From an uncultured Actinomycetes bacterium (lineage in GTDB: Bacteria > Actinomycetota > Thermoleophilia > UBA2241), in NCBI GenBank assembly GCA_963753695.1, contig CAVWDG010000010.1:44618-108617 (forward strand): a DNA stretch of 64,000 nt, given 5' to 3'. Shown one piece after another: positions 51,425-63,666 of the stretch (its first letter is position 1; every line of letters begins with the position of its first letter). The translations under genes and the position numbers were made by a program. The notes below the pieces were generated by a model that was not told where the DNA came from, made no database searches, and saw only the letters and a program-made list of their open reading frames with translations.

Positions 51425-52128
51425 CTACGTCGAGCGCGCCCGGCCGAACGGACAGGCGGCCATGCAGAGCCCGCAGGTGTGGTGGGCCTGGGGTCCGAGC
51501 GTGTCCATGTGGCGCCAGCAGGCGGCGGCGTCGAACAGCAGGTCGCGGGCCATGCCGGCCTGCCACATTACGTCGCGACCGGCGCCGGTGGGGCAGGCGT
51601 CGAGACAGCTGTGGCAGCTGCCGCAACGGCCCTCGGTGACCGGCACGCCGGCGGTGAGGTCGAGGTCGGTGAACACGGTGGCCAGACGCACCTTGGGTCC
51701 GGCCTCGGGGGAGACGAACAGCCCCGTCTTGCCGATCCAGCCCAGGCCGGCGCGCGTAGCGGCCGTCTTGTGGGCGAACACGCCGGCCTCCAGCCAGTCG
51801 CCCGTGGCGGGCGTCTCTTCGTAGATGGTGGCGGCGGCGCCGACGGCCGTGCTGCCGCGCTTGCGCAGGGCGGCGACGAGCTCCTGGACTGCGGCGTCGA
51901 GCACGCCGTTGATGCGGCGGTACTCGGCGCGATAGGCGGAGGGGTCGCCGGCTTCGAGCTTGGTAAGGGCGTGGGCGTCGAGGCGCGCGAGAAGCGAGAT
52001 CGCCAGCGGAAGATCGGGGGCGAGCGTCAGACGGGGCCCCGTGGCGGCCGCGCCCCACAGGTCGATGCCGACGCCGCTCAGCACGTCGTCGACGAACTTC
52101 TGGTTGTTGTCGCGTTCACCGGTCGGCA
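51425..52128 (-). CDS. queG: epoxyqueuosine reductase QueG-like (short form)
   Basis: RAGLGWIGKTGLFVSPEAGPKVRLATVFTDL plus two CxxCxxC...CP ferredoxin motifs. The listed TTG at 52345 is probably too far upstream, and the GTG start near 52128 is approximate. Confidence 0.65.
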
Positions 52129-52526
52129 CGACTCCCCCTCCCCTTGACCAAGGCCAGTGTACACCGCGGGAACACCGCTCGGCGCTGCGGGCGGCGACCG
52201 TACTTGCGCGGTCGGAGCGACCGGCCCTTGCCGCCGGAGGGCGCTTTCGCGCGGCCGGCGGCCGTCCTCGAGCCGCCGTTCGTGCGGACGGCGCCGTTTC
52301 CGCGCGGACGGCCGCGGGTACTAAAAGGATACTAACGATCCACAATCAGAAACGAGGGCCGGCATGGGCAATCTCGTAGCCACGAGCTACGTGTCCCGCC
52401 GTCGCCGCGACGAGCGCAGGCGCGACCGCACAGCACGCTAAAAGGAACCCAAGCGGCGCCGGGCAACGACCCGGCCCGTAGCGACGGGGCGGCAGCACTC
52501 TCCTGACGAGAGGCTGTCGCCCCGTC

Positions 52527-52700
52527 GGCGTTGCGGATGGGCTGGCGTTGATGGGCTGGCGTTGCGGATGGGCTGGCGTTGCGGATGGGCTGGCGTTGCG
52601 GGTGGGCTGGCGTTGCGGGTGGGCTGGCGCTGCGGGTGTGCGGGTGAGCGGGCGTTGCGGGCGGCGCGGGCGTTGCGGGCGGCGCGGGCGTGGCGCGCCG
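52527..52700. repeat. GC-rich tandem minisatellite, ~9 units of 14-18 bp (core GGCGTTGCGGRTGGGCT)
   Basis: Directly visible head-to-tail repeats between the copA stop and the queG start; variant units GGCGTTGCGGGCGGCGCG at the 3' end. Confidence 0.8.
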
Positions 52701-52753
52701 CGTCAGGGTCGGGGGGCCTGGCCCTATCGAGTGACCTGGCCCTACCGGTCGGG

Positions 52754-55312
52754 TCAGGCGGCGCGAAAGCGCCGCAGGCGCAAGCTGTTGGTCACCACGG
52801 TGACGCTCGACAGCCCCATGGCCGCTGCGGCGAAGATGGGGTTCAACAGAATCCCGAACGGCGGGTAGAGGATGCCGGCGGCGATGGGGATCAGGGCGAT
52901 GTTGTAGGCGAAGGCCCAAAAGAGGTTCTGCTTGATCGTGCGCATGGTGGCGCGAGACAGGGCGATCGCGGTGACCACGCCCTGCAGGTCGCCCGAGACG
53001 AGCGTCACGTCGCTGGCCTCGATGGCAACGTCGGCGCCGGTGCCGATGGCGATGCCGATGTCGGCCTGCGCCAGGGCGGGGGCGTCGTTCACACCGTCGC
53101 CCACCATGGCCACCCGGGTGCCGCCGGCTTGCAGGCGGGCGATCTCGGCTGCTTTGCCGTCGGGCAGCACGCCGGCCACGACCTCGTCGAGACCGACCTG
53201 GGCGGCGATCGCCTGGGCGGTCTCGAGGCGGTCGCCGGTCACCATCACGACGCGCAGGCCGAGCTCGTGCAGCCGTGCGATGGCGGCGCCCGCGCCGGGC
53301 TTCACGGGGTCGGCGATGCCGATCAGGCCGGCCCGACGGCCGTCGACGGTCACCCACACCGCCGTCTTGCCGGCCGCCGCCAGCGCGGCGGCAGCGGCAT
53401 GGGCGTCGCCGGCCGGCACGCTCGTTGTGCGGGCAGCGGTCGCGGTGGTGGTGGTGCTCCTCGCGGTCGGCGCGATGCTTGCCACGCGCGCCGTGAGCCG
53501 CTCGTTGCCGACCAGCACCTCGTGACCCTCGACGACGGCGCGCACGCCCAGTCCGGGCGTGGCGGCGAAGTCGCTCGCCTCGGGAATGGTCAGGCCGCGC
53601 TGCGCCGCGGCTCGTGCGACGGCGGCGGCCAGCGGGTGCTCCGAGCCGCGTTCGGCCGCCGCGACCAGGCGCAGCAGCTCGTCGGGCGCCGTGGGGGCGT
53701 CGCCGGCGTCGGTCGGCAGGATGTCGGTCACGGCCGGTCGGCCCTCGGTGATCGTGCCGGTCTTGTCGAGGACGATCGTGCGCACGGTGTGAGCGGTCTC
53801 GAGTGAGGCGCCGTCACGGATGAGCACGCCGTTCTGGGCGCCCTTACCGGTGCCCACCATGACGGCCGTCGGAGTCGCCAACCCCAGGGCGCAGGGACAG
53901 GCGATGACGAGCACGGCGATGGCGTTCACCAGGGCGTAGTTCACGGCGGGCTGAGGCCCGGCCAGCAGCCACACCACGAACGTCGCCGCGGCGACCACCA
54001 TGACGGCCGGCACGAACCAGCTCGCGATCAGGTCGGCGAGGCGGGCGATGGGCGGACGCGCGCCCTGGGCCTGTTCGACCAGGCGCACGATCTGGGCGAG
54101 CGCCGTCTCGGAACCGACGCGCGTGGCACGGAACGTGAACGTGCCGGTCGTGTTCAGCGTGGAGCCGATGACCTCGTCGCCGGCCTGTTTGACGACCGGC
54201 AGCGCCTCACCGGTGAGCATCGCCTCGTCGACGGCCGAGGCGCCGTCGACCACGATGCCGTCGACCGGCACCTTCTCGCCGGGGCGCACGCGCACGAGGT
54301 CGTCGTGGACGACCTCGGCGATGGGCACGTCGAGCTCGACGCCGTCGCGCACTACGCGCGCGGTGCGCGGCTGTAGGCCGATCAGCGTGCGGATGGCCTC
54401 GCCGGTCTGGCCTTTGGCGCGCGCCTCGAACAGGCGGCCGAGCAGGATGAGGGTGATGATGAGCGCGGCCGAGTCGAAGTACATGGGCGCGCCCAGGCCG
54501 TGGTGGTCGAAGAAGCCGGGGAAGAGGACGCCGGCTGCGCTATAGAAGTAGGCCGCCGAGGAGCCCAGCGCGACCAGCGTGTCCATGGTCGTGCTGCCGT
54601 GGCGCGCCGCGGCCAGGGCGGCACGATAGAACTGGCGCCCGACCCAGAACTGCACCGGGGTGGCCAGCGCCCATAGCACCCAGCCGTTGGTGAGGAAGGA
54701 GGGCACGAAGGCGAATCCCATGCTGCCCAGGAAGACGAGCGTCGACAGCACGGCGCCGACGGCGACCTTGCGGCGCAGGCGCAGGTAGGCGGCGCGGCGG
54801 GCGAGGGCGCCGGGATCGGCGCCCTCGCCCGCCGCGCCCTCGGCAGTGGCGTCGCCCGGGAGCGCGCCGCCGGCGGTGCGGCGGGCCGGCTCGGCTACTG
54901 TGTAGCCGGCCCGCCGCACGGCCGCCACCAGGTCGTCGCGGCTCGCCTGGCCGGGCAGGAACTCCACGGTGGCCTTCTCGGTGGCCAGATTGACGTCGGC
55001 GCGCAGCACGCCGGGAACGTTGCGCAGCGCCTTCTCGTTGCGTCCCACGCAGCTCGCGCAGGTCATGCCCTCGATCACCAGGGTCTCGGTCGCCGAGGGC
55101 ACCTCGTAGCCGGCCTGCTCTACGGTGGCCGTCAGGCGGCCGACGTCGACCTGCGCCGGGTCAAAGGTCACCGTGGCTTTCTCGGTGGCGAAGTTGACGT
55201 TGGCCGCGCTCACGCCGGCCATGCGGCGCAGCGCCTTCTCGTTGCGCGCCACGCAGCTCGCGCAGGTCATGCCGCCGATGGGGATCTCGACCGTCGTCTG
55301 CTTGTCTGCCAC
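52754..55312 (-). CDS. copA: copper-translocating P1B-type ATPase with two N-terminal HMA domains
   Basis: Two GMTCASCV metal-binding domains, CPC in TM6, DKTGT phosphorylation site, GDGVNDAP; Thr-rich insert in the N-domain. Confidence 0.9.
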   Translation of the reverse strand: MADKQTTVEIPIGGMTCASCVARNEKALRRMAGVSAANVNFATEKATVTFDPAQVDVGRLTATVEQAGYEVPSATETLVIEGMTCASCVGRNEKALRNVPGVLRADVNLATEKATVEFLPGQASRDDLVAAVRRAGYTVAEPARRTAGGALPGDATAEGAAGEGADPGALARRAAYLRLRRKVAVGAVLSTLVFLGSMGFAFVPSFLTNGWVLWALATPVQFWVGRQFYRAALAAARHGSTTMDTLVALGSSAAYFYSAAGVLFPGFFDHHGLGAPMYFDSAALIITLILLGRLFEARAKGQTGEAIRTLIGLQPRTARVVRDGVELDVPIAEVVHDDLVRVRPGEKVPVDGIVVDGASAVDEAMLTGEALPVVKQAGDEVIGSTLNTTGTFTFRATRVGSETALAQIVRLVEQAQGARPPIARLADLIASWFVPAVMVVAAATFVVWLLAGPQPAVNYALVNAIAVLVIACPCALGLATPTAVMVGTGKGAQNGVLIRDGASLETAHTVRTIVLDKTGTITEGRPAVTDILPTDAGDAPTAPDELLRLVAAAERGSEHPLAAAVARAAAQRGLTIPEASDFAATPGLGVRAVVEGHEVLVGNERLTARVASIAPTARSTTTTATAARTTSVPAGDAHAAAAALAAAGKTAVWVTVDGRRAGLIGIADPVKPGAGAAIARLHELGLRVVMVTGDRLETAQAIAAQVGLDEVVAGVLPDGKAAEIARLQAGGTRVAMVGDGVNDAPALAQADIGIAIGTGADVAIEASDVTLVSGDLQGVVTAIALSRATMRTIKQNLFWAFAYNIALIPIAAGILYPPFGILLNPIFAAAAMGLSSVTVVTNSLRLRRFRAA

Positions 55313-55523
55313 TGCCGCGACCTCTGTGCTTGCCCGGGGGAGAGCCCCCTTGGACCCTCTCGCATACCCCTGACCGTATCATACCCGACCATAATCATCG
55401 GCTATTGCGCGGGGGCTCGGCCGGTTCGCACGGCAGGCACGCCACGCGGTACACTTCGCTCGGCCGTGAGCCCGCCGCGACCGTGCGACCGTGGGCTGCC
55501 GGCGGCCGGTAAGGGGAGCTATC

Positions 55524-56825
55524 GTGCCGATCTGGAACGAGCAACGCGAGACCATGAAGCGCGCCGACCTCGAGGCGTTGCAGCTCGACGGACTGCGCCG
55601 CACGGCCGCCCTGTGCTCAGCGCACGTGCCCTTCTACCGCGCCGCCTTCGACGAGCTCGGCGTGGTCCCCGGCGACATCGTCACCCTTGCCGACCTCTCC
55701 CGGCTGCCGTTCACTACCAAAGACGACTTTCGCAGGGCCTACCCCTATGGCCTGTTTGCCGTGCCGCTCGAACAGGTGGTCGAGGTGCACTCGTCGTCGG
55801 GCACCACCGGCACGCCGGTGGTCGGCGGCTACACGCGCGCCGACCTCGACACCTGGGCTGAGCTTGTGGCACGCCTGGCGTCGGCTGCCGGGGTCGTGCC
55901 GGGCGACGTCGCCCAGGTGGCCTTCGGCTACGGCATGTTCACCGGCGGCTTCGGCCTGCACTACGGCCTGCAGCGCATCGGCGCGCTCGTCGTGCCGCAC
56001 TCCGCCGGCAACACGGCTCGCCAGATCCAGTTCATGCAGGACTTCGGTACCACCGTGCTCATCTGCACCCCCTCGTATGCGCTCTACCTGAGCGAGGCCG
56101 TCGAGCAGGCCGGCGTGCGCGATCGTCTCGCCCTGCGCCTGGGCCTGTTCGGCGCCGAGTCGTGCAGCGACGCGCTGCGCGCCCGCATAGAGCAGCGCTG
56201 GGGCATCTCGGCGACCGACAACTACGGGCTCACCGAGGTGATTGGCCCGGGCATCGCCGGCGAGTGCGAACACAAGTCGGGCATGCACATAGCCGAAGAC
56301 CACTTTCTGGTCGAGGTGCTCGACCCGGGAAGCGACGAGCCGGTGCCCGACGGCGAGGTCGGCGAGCTCGTCGTCACCTCGCTCACCAAGGAGTGCTCGC
56401 CGGTGCTGCGCTACCGCACCGGCGACCTGTCGCGGGTCACGCACGAGCGCTGCGCCTGCGGCCGCACGACGGCCCGCATGGGCAAGGTCATCGGGCGCAC
56501 CGACGACATGTTCATCGTGAGCGGCGTCAACGTGTTCCCGTCGACCGTCGAGTCGGTGCTGTTCCGCATCGAGGGGCTCGAGCCGCACTACGAGATCGTG
56601 CTCGACCGCTCGGGCGAGCTCGACACCTTCACGGTGCGGGTCGAGGTCACCGAGGAGCTCTTCAACGGCTGGATGGACGACCTCGTGGCCTTCGAGCGCC
56701 AGGTGACCGAGACGCTGCGTTCGGCGCTGCTCGTGCGCCCCAAGGTCAAGCTCGTCGAAGCGGGCTCCCTCACGCGCTTCGAGGGCAAGGCGCGGCGCGT
56801 GATCGACAACCGGCCGCTCGGATAG
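55524..56825 (+). CDS. paaK: phenylacetate--CoA ligase
   Basis: GTG 5 nt after AAGGGGAG; IWNEQRETMKRADLEALQLDGL, SSGTTG, AMP-binding and C-terminal PaaK motifs. Confidence 0.85.
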   Translation: MPIWNEQRETMKRADLEALQLDGLRRTAALCSAHVPFYRAAFDELGVVPGDIVTLADLSRLPFTTKDDFRRAYPYGLFAVPLEQVVEVHSSSGTTGTPVVGGYTRADLDTWAELVARLASAAGVVPGDVAQVAFGYGMFTGGFGLHYGLQRIGALVVPHSAGNTARQIQFMQDFGTTVLICTPSYALYLSEAVEQAGVRDRLALRLGLFGAESCSDALRARIEQRWGISATDNYGLTEVIGPGIAGECEHKSGMHIAEDHFLVEVLDPGSDEPVPDGEVGELVVTSLTKECSPVLRYRTGDLSRVTHERCACGRTTARMGKVIGRTDDMFIVSGVNVFPSTVESVLFRIEGLEPHYEIVLDRSGELDTFTVRVEVTEELFNGWMDDLVAFERQVTETLRSALLVRPKVKLVEAGSLTRFEGKARRVIDNRPLG

Positions 56826-56848
56826 GCCGCGGCTCACCCCATACGCAA

Positions 56849-56890
56849 AACTGGACCGGGGCCCTGGTTTCCCAGGACCCCGGTCCAGTT
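56849..56890. terminator. bidirectional 19-bp hairpin between the convergent paaK and REC-GspE genes
   Basis: AACTGGACCGGGGCCCTGG-TTTC-CCAGGACCCCGGTCCAGTT with an A-run on the plus strand (a U-run for the minus-strand gene). Confidence 0.65.
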
Positions 56891-57071
56891 GTTCGGAGGC
56901 TTCCTCTCCCCGCGATTTGGTCTCCATGTGCTTTATCGGTCCCGGGCCGCGGCGATGAGATAGAACGAGTGTCTACTGCCGCTATCGCAGGGTCTGTGCC
57001 GCCGGTCGTGCGGTTGCCGAGCGGCGTCGACAGGCCTCGGGCCGCGCGCTCGCCGAAGCGGGCGGCAGACC

Positions 57072-59159
57072 TTACGCCGTGACGCGCACCAGCTCGAGAT
57101 GGCTGGTCGAGCCGTCTAAGACCTTGCGCACGCCGTCGTCGTGGATGCTCTCGATGCCGCGGGCGCGGGCCGCCGCGCGCATCTCGCCGACGGTGGCCCC
57201 GACTGCGATCATCTCGCGCAGCTCGTCGTCGATGGTGAGCACCTCGTAGAGCCCGAGCCGGCCGTAGTAGCCCGTGCCGAAGCACTTGGGGCAGCCGACC
57301 GGCGTGTAGATGTTAATGCGGGCGCCGGGCGCCTCGCCCATGCCCAGCTCGACCCAGCGCGCGGCGGTGAGCACGTCGGGCTTGCGGCAGTGGCGGCACA
57401 GGCGGCGCACAAGCCTCTGCGAGACGATGCAGCGGTAGGCGGCGGCCACCAGGTAGGCTGGCAGGCCCATCTCGATCAGGCGGTTGATCGACGAGATGGC
57501 GTCGCCGGTGTGCAGCGTGGTGAACACGAGGTGGCCGGTGATGGCGGCGTCGGCGGCCATCTTGGCGGTCTCCAGGTCGCGCACCTCACCGACCATGATG
57601 ACGTCGGGGTCGGCGCGCACCAGCGAGCGCAGCGCCTGGGCGAAGGTGAGGCCGATGATGGGTTTGACCTCGGTCTGCACCACGCCGTGCAGCTTGCGCT
57701 CGATGGGGTCTTCGACGGTGTAGATCTTGCGCTCTTTGGACTTGATGAGCTCGAGCGTGGTGTAGAGCGTGGTCGACTTGCCGCTGCCCGTAGGCCCGCC
57801 GATGACGATGCCGCCGTCGGGCCGGCGGATGGCCTCTTCGAAGCGCGCCAGGCTGGTGTCGGCGAAGCCCAGCGAGAGCAGTGTGGGCGGCAGCGGCGAC
57901 GATTCGAGGACGCGGATGGTGATGTTCTCGCCGTAAAGGCTCGGTATTGAGGCGAGACGCATATCGACGACGTCGCCGTCGGCGGTCTCGAAGCTGGTGC
58001 GGCCGTCCTGGGGCAGGCGACGTTCGGCGATGTCCATGCCGCCCATGATCTTCATGCGGCTGAGCACGCCGGCCTGCAGGTCGCTCGAGTACTCGCGCAG
58101 GTCGTGCAGCACGCCGTCGACCCGGCAGCGGATCTGCAGCATGTCTTCGCGTGGCTCGACGTGGATGTCGGAGGCCTTCATACCGATGGCGTCGGTCAGC
58201 ACCGAGTCGACGATCTCGATGATCGAGGCGTCGAGCGCGCCGGGCGGCTCGGGGCGGCTGTCGCCTTCGGCGCCTTCGAGCTCTTTGAGCTTGCCGCGCT
58301 TGCTGGTGAAGATGGAGAGCGCTTCGTCGAAGGCGCTCTCGCCGCAGATGGCGGGCACCACGTTGCGCTTGGTGCGCAGCCGGACTTCGTCGATCACGAC
58401 GACGTCGAGCGGGTTGGTCATGGCGATCACGAGTCCGCCGCTGTCGTCTAAGCGCAGGGGCAGCAGACGGTGGCGCACGATGAAGTCGCGCGGCAGCAGG
58501 CCGACCGCTGCCGGGTTGGGCGTGACGGCGCGCAGGTCGACGACTGCCAGGTGCATCTGGCCGGCCAGGGCGTGGATGAGGTCGTCTTCGGAGACGAGAC
58601 CCGACGCGACCAGCACTTCGCCCAGGCGGCCGCCGGCCTGCTGCTGGCGGGTCAGCGCGTCGTCGATCTGGGCCTGGCTGACGATGCCGCTCTCGACCAG
58701 CATGGCGCCCAGCTTGAGGCGGCCGGCGCTGCGCCGGTGGCGGCGGTCGATGGCGATCTGCAACTTGTCGCGCAGGTCTTCGACCCGGAACGGCTTGGTG
58801 ACGTACTCGGCGATGCCCAGGCGGTGGGCCTGCTCGAAGGTCTCGAAGTCGTTGGTCGCCGAGAGCACGATGACCGGCGCGGCGCGCAGCGCGGGCGTGG
58901 AGTTCATGAGCTTGAGCACGTCGAAGCCCTTGATGCCCTGCAGATCGATGTCGAGCAGCAGGGCGTCGGGCGGCGCGTCGCGCAGCGCCCGCAGCGCCGC
59001 CTGGCCGCCTTCGAAGGTGGCGACCTCGAAGGCGCCGCCGAAGAAGGTGGCGAGCTGCTCGCGCAGGTCGATGTCGTCGTCGACGACGACGAGACGCTTC
59101 TTGGACGCTTTGCTCACGGGTTCACTCCAGCCGGTGGTGTCCTCTCCGCCTAAGAGCAT
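57072..59159 (-). CDS. response-regulator receiver domain fused to GspE/PilB-type secretion/pilus ATPase
   Basis: N-terminal REC (VVVDDD...LLLDIDL...VTKPF), GspII_E N-domain, Walker A GPTGSGKST, Asp box, His box, tetracysteine CxxC...CxxC. Confidence 0.85.
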   Translation of the reverse strand: MLLGGEDTTGWSEPVSKASKKRLVVVDDDIDLREQLATFFGGAFEVATFEGGQAALRALRDAPPDALLLDIDLQGIKGFDVLKLMNSTPALRAAPVIVLSATNDFETFEQAHRLGIAEYVTKPFRVEDLRDKLQIAIDRRHRRSAGRLKLGAMLVESGIVSQAQIDDALTRQQQAGGRLGEVLVASGLVSEDDLIHALAGQMHLAVVDLRAVTPNPAAVGLLPRDFIVRHRLLPLRLDDSGGLVIAMTNPLDVVVIDEVRLRTKRNVVPAICGESAFDEALSIFTSKRGKLKELEGAEGDSRPEPPGALDASIIEIVDSVLTDAIGMKASDIHVEPREDMLQIRCRVDGVLHDLREYSSDLQAGVLSRMKIMGGMDIAERRLPQDGRTSFETADGDVVDMRLASIPSLYGENITIRVLESSPLPPTLLSLGFADTSLARFEEAIRRPDGGIVIGGPTGSGKSTTLYTTLELIKSKERKIYTVEDPIERKLHGVVQTEVKPIIGLTFAQALRSLVRADPDVIMVGEVRDLETAKMAADAAITGHLVFTTLHTGDAISSINRLIEMGLPAYLVAAAYRCIVSQRLVRRLCRHCRKPDVLTAARWVELGMGEAPGARINIYTPVGCPKCFGTGYYGRLGLYEVLTIDDELREMIAVGATVGEMRAAARARGIESIHDDGVRKVLDGSTSHLELVRVTA

Positions 59160-59670
59160 CGGCAGGTGGCAGGCGAAGGATTACGTGCCGGTCGTTGCGG
59201 TGTGGCGCGGCTTGGGTGGACGTTGGGGCGGCGACGCAAAGGTGGCGCCGCGCGCCGCGGATGGACCTTGTGGTCGCGGCGTACGGATGGGGACGCCGCT
59301 TTATGCGGCGCAGCTGTGGTGGACGGTGCTCTCACGGCTCGGGGGGCGGCCGGTATGGGTAAAGGGCCGGGCCGGTTTGGGGCCTTCGCATGATGCGGGC
59401 TGGTGGGTACAGTCGAAGGAGACCGGCCCGGCAGGGAGAGGGAAGCGATATCCGGGCGTAAAGCCCGATCCAGTGTCGTGGTCAGGTGGTGTCGACCTTT
59501 CGGTGGGGTCTGCCCTTCGTATCGGCAGCGTCGCTGGCCTCGACAGGGCCGGCGCCGACAAACCGTTGTCAGGCGGCGCAACGCCGCCCGGGCCTCTGCT
59601 ATACTTCCGCCGCTTGCCGGGCAGGGCGCCTTAGAGGCCCGGTGTCCCTGAGCCCCACAGGAGTCGGCCA

Positions 59671-61047
<1,377 letters not shown>

Positions 61048-61130
61048 GTACGAGCAAGAGCCGGCGGCCACGCCCTGGCGGGCGGCGCCCCCGGAAGGCG
61101 TATCACCCACAGACGAAAACGAGGCGCTTC

Positions 61131-61805
61131 ATGCCACTGCTCTCAGACGACGAATCCGCGCGGCTCTCCGAGCTGCTCGACCGCGAGCTCAAGGCCGACG
61201 TGACGCTCATCCACTTCACCAAGCACGCGAGCCGGCTGGTCGTGCCCGGCGTCGTACCCTGCGACAGCTGCGCCGACACCGAAGCCCTGCTCGTCGAGCT
61301 TGCGGGTATGAGCGACCACCTTGTGCTCGAGGTCCACGACGTGGCCGCCGAGCCCGAGCTGGCGCGCGGGTACGGCATCGACAAGGTGCCGGCCACGGTG
61401 ATCGCGGGGCCCGGCGCGCGCGGCCCTGTGCGGCTGTTCGGCCTGCCCTCGGGCTATGAGTTCGCCACCCTGCTCGAGGACCTGATCGACGTGAGCACCG
61501 GCCACGACGACCTGAGCGGCGACACGCTCGCCGCCCTTGTCGCGCTCCCGCGCGACGTTCACGTGCAGGTCTTCGTCACGCCCACCTGCCCGCACTGCCC
61601 GGGGGCGGCGCGCACCGCCCATCAGTTCGCCATGGCGAGCGATCGCATCACCGCCGACGTCATCGTGGTCAACGACTTCCCCGATCTGGCGGAGCGCTAC
61701 GACGTGATGGCCGTACCGAAAGTGGTGATCGACGACGCCGGAAGTTTTGAGGGCGCGCTGCCCGAAGACGAGTTCGTGGCGCGGCTCGTCAAGGCGGCGG
61801 CGTAG
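61131..61805 (+). CDS. double-thioredoxin-fold protein disulfide oxidoreductase (glutaredoxin-like)
   Basis: Two Trx-like units with CDSC and CPHC active sites. ATG at 61131 inside the long ORF 59952..61805. Confidence 0.65.
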   Translation: MPLLSDDESARLSELLDRELKADVTLIHFTKHASRLVVPGVVPCDSCADTEALLVELAGMSDHLVLEVHDVAAEPELARGYGIDKVPATVIAGPGARGPVRLFGLPSGYEFATLLEDLIDVSTGHDDLSGDTLAALVALPRDVHVQVFVTPTCPHCPGAARTAHQFAMASDRITADVIVVNDFPDLAERYDVMAVPKVVIDDAGSFEGALPEDEFVARLVKAAA

Positions 61806-62331
61806 GGGAGGGGCGCTCTCTCGGCGCGCGACGCGGGGGTGTACCTCGGAGCGCGGCGAGCCCGAGCCGGCTGCGGCGGGCGCGGGAGCTCGGGGGCATG
61901 CCTCGCGAACCAGAGACCAGGGGACCCCGCGGCTGCGCCGCGGGTTGGGGCTCACGCTCGGAAATGCCCCCTCCGCCCCCGCGCCCGCCTCCGCCGGCTC
62001 GGGCGACGAGCCGTGGTGCGAGGACGGGCGCGAGGCTCTGCGAGCTCGCGCAAAGAACCCGCGAAGCGCGGCGGCTCTCCGAGCTGCGCGCGAGGTCGTC
62101 GTCGGGCAGGCTTGAGGGGGCCGCAGGGCGCGGCGGCAGGGCGACTCGCGGCGCACTACGCGAAGCACGAGGCTCCTGGAGCTCGTGCTGCGCGGGGGCC
62201 ACTCACGGCGCACACGCAAAGGCACGAGGCACTCTTCGGGATCGTGTTCCATGAGGCGGTGGCGGGCGGGGTGCAGGCCGACTAGTATCGGGACTACGGT
62301 ACGCGTGGGCGTTGCACGGGGGGAGCGCGGA

Positions 62332-62964
62332 ATGACGGCAGAGAATGGCCAACCAAAACCGGCTCGTCCGGTGGCCGGCGGGGGGGCAGCACGGCAGCGT
62401 TACCCGTCGCAGCTCTCCGACGCCGAGGCGAGCGAGCTGCTGTCGGCGCAGGACAAGGCCAGGACGGCGACGCCGCGGTTGCAGACGGCGCTCACCGTCG
62501 CGACGGTGGCGGCGATCCTCGTCACGATCCTCGCGGGGGCCATCTTCGACTTCTCGCACTTCCGGGCGATGGACATCACCCGCGCGTTCGATCCCGAGGG
62601 CGTCCCGGCGGGCGGGGCCGTCGACTACAGCGCGGCCGGCGCCGCGCTCCTCGCCGCCGCCGCGGCCGGTGTGGCCCTCGCCGGCGTCCGGCTCGACGTG
62701 ACCGAGCGCACGCGCACCGTGCTGATGACGGCCGGCGCCGCCGGCATGGTCGTCATGGGGGTCGGCGCCGGGATCAAGCTCGACCCCTCTCGCCGGGCGC
62801 TCCTGGAGCACTATCACGTGGGTGTCTGGGGCAGCCGGGCGTCGTTCGACTTGCTGATGCACGAGCTGGCCGCCTGCGGCTGGCTGGTCGCGGCCTGTGG
62901 AGTCGCCGTGGTCGTGCTGATGCGCATGCAACGGCGCCGCGTAGCGGAGGCCTACCCAGAGTGA
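62332..62964 (+). CDS. hypothetical membrane protein
   Basis: Internal ATG of ORF 62185..62964; 4 predicted TM helices. Confidence 0.4.
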   Translation: MTAENGQPKPARPVAGGGAARQRYPSQLSDAEASELLSAQDKARTATPRLQTALTVATVAAILVTILAGAIFDFSHFRAMDITRAFDPEGVPAGGAVDYSAAGAALLAAAAAGVALAGVRLDVTERTRTVLMTAGAAGMVVMGVGAGIKLDPSRRALLEHYHVGVWGSRASFDLLMHELAACGWLVAACGVAVVVLMRMQRRRVAEAYPE

Positions 62965-63016
62965 GGCGTCAGGCGATCTCGCCGTTGGCTCCGGAGCGAC
63001 CGGCGGCCGGCCCGGC

Positions 63017-63529
63017 TTACTCTGTGACCGACGTGACCTCGGGCACCGGCTCGGGCCGCAGGGCGGCGGTCCAGAAGACGCGGTCGGCGAGCGCCAAGGC
63101 GGTGCCCACCGCGATGTAGAGCGTGGCCAGGCACACGCGGCCCCACGAGTAGTCGACGAGCGCCGTGCGGCGCAGCATCATGCCGCCGCCCGTCATGACG
63201 ACGACGAACGCCCACGACAGGGGCGCGAAGAAGCCGAAGTAGCAGGCGTGCCCGCGACGGCGGATGCGGGCCACGGCCTTGCCCGCATACTTGATGAGGA
63301 TGAGGCGCGCCTTCACGTTGCCGATGGCGACTGCCACGAGCGCGATGGGCACGATCCAGTAGTCGAAATGGAATCCCGGTCCGGGCCGCTCGATGAACAG
63401 CACGCCGCGAATGAGCAGCACGCTCACCGCCACGAGCCAGAGCACCGCCGCCGAGAACATCTGCACGCGCACGCCGGCGCGGGGCGTGATGCGGTCCCAC
63501 CAGGGGTGCGTTGCGTGCGTGATGGTCAT
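63017..63529 (-). CDS. hypothetical membrane protein
   Basis: Internal ATG; 4 TM helices, no recognised domain. Confidence 0.4.
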   Translation of the reverse strand: MTITHATHPWWDRITPRAGVRVQMFSAAVLWLVAVSVLLIRGVLFIERPGPGFHFDYWIVPIALVAVAIGNVKARLILIKYAGKAVARIRRRGHACYFGFFAPLSWAFVVVMTGGGMMLRRTALVDYSWGRVCLATLYIAVGTALALADRVFWTAALRPEPVPEVTSVTE

Positions 63530-63666
63530 GGTCCTCAGGATACCAGCTGGCACAACGGAACCCGTCGTCAACGCGTTAGCAGACGGGGTTCTGTGGGCCA
63601 TGAGACTCTATTGCTGATAACGGTGCGCTTCTGTTTGCTGGTTGGAGGGCGCCCACTACTCGAGAG

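Noticed and set aside
52527-52700. Possible CRISPR array
   Set aside because: The units are contiguous tandem repeats with no interspersed unique spacers, and no cas genes are nearby.
52332-53357. 341-aa minus-strand ORF with PATPA peptide repeats
   Set aside because: It merely translates the GC-rich tandem minisatellite and runs into copA out of frame. It is not a coding gene.
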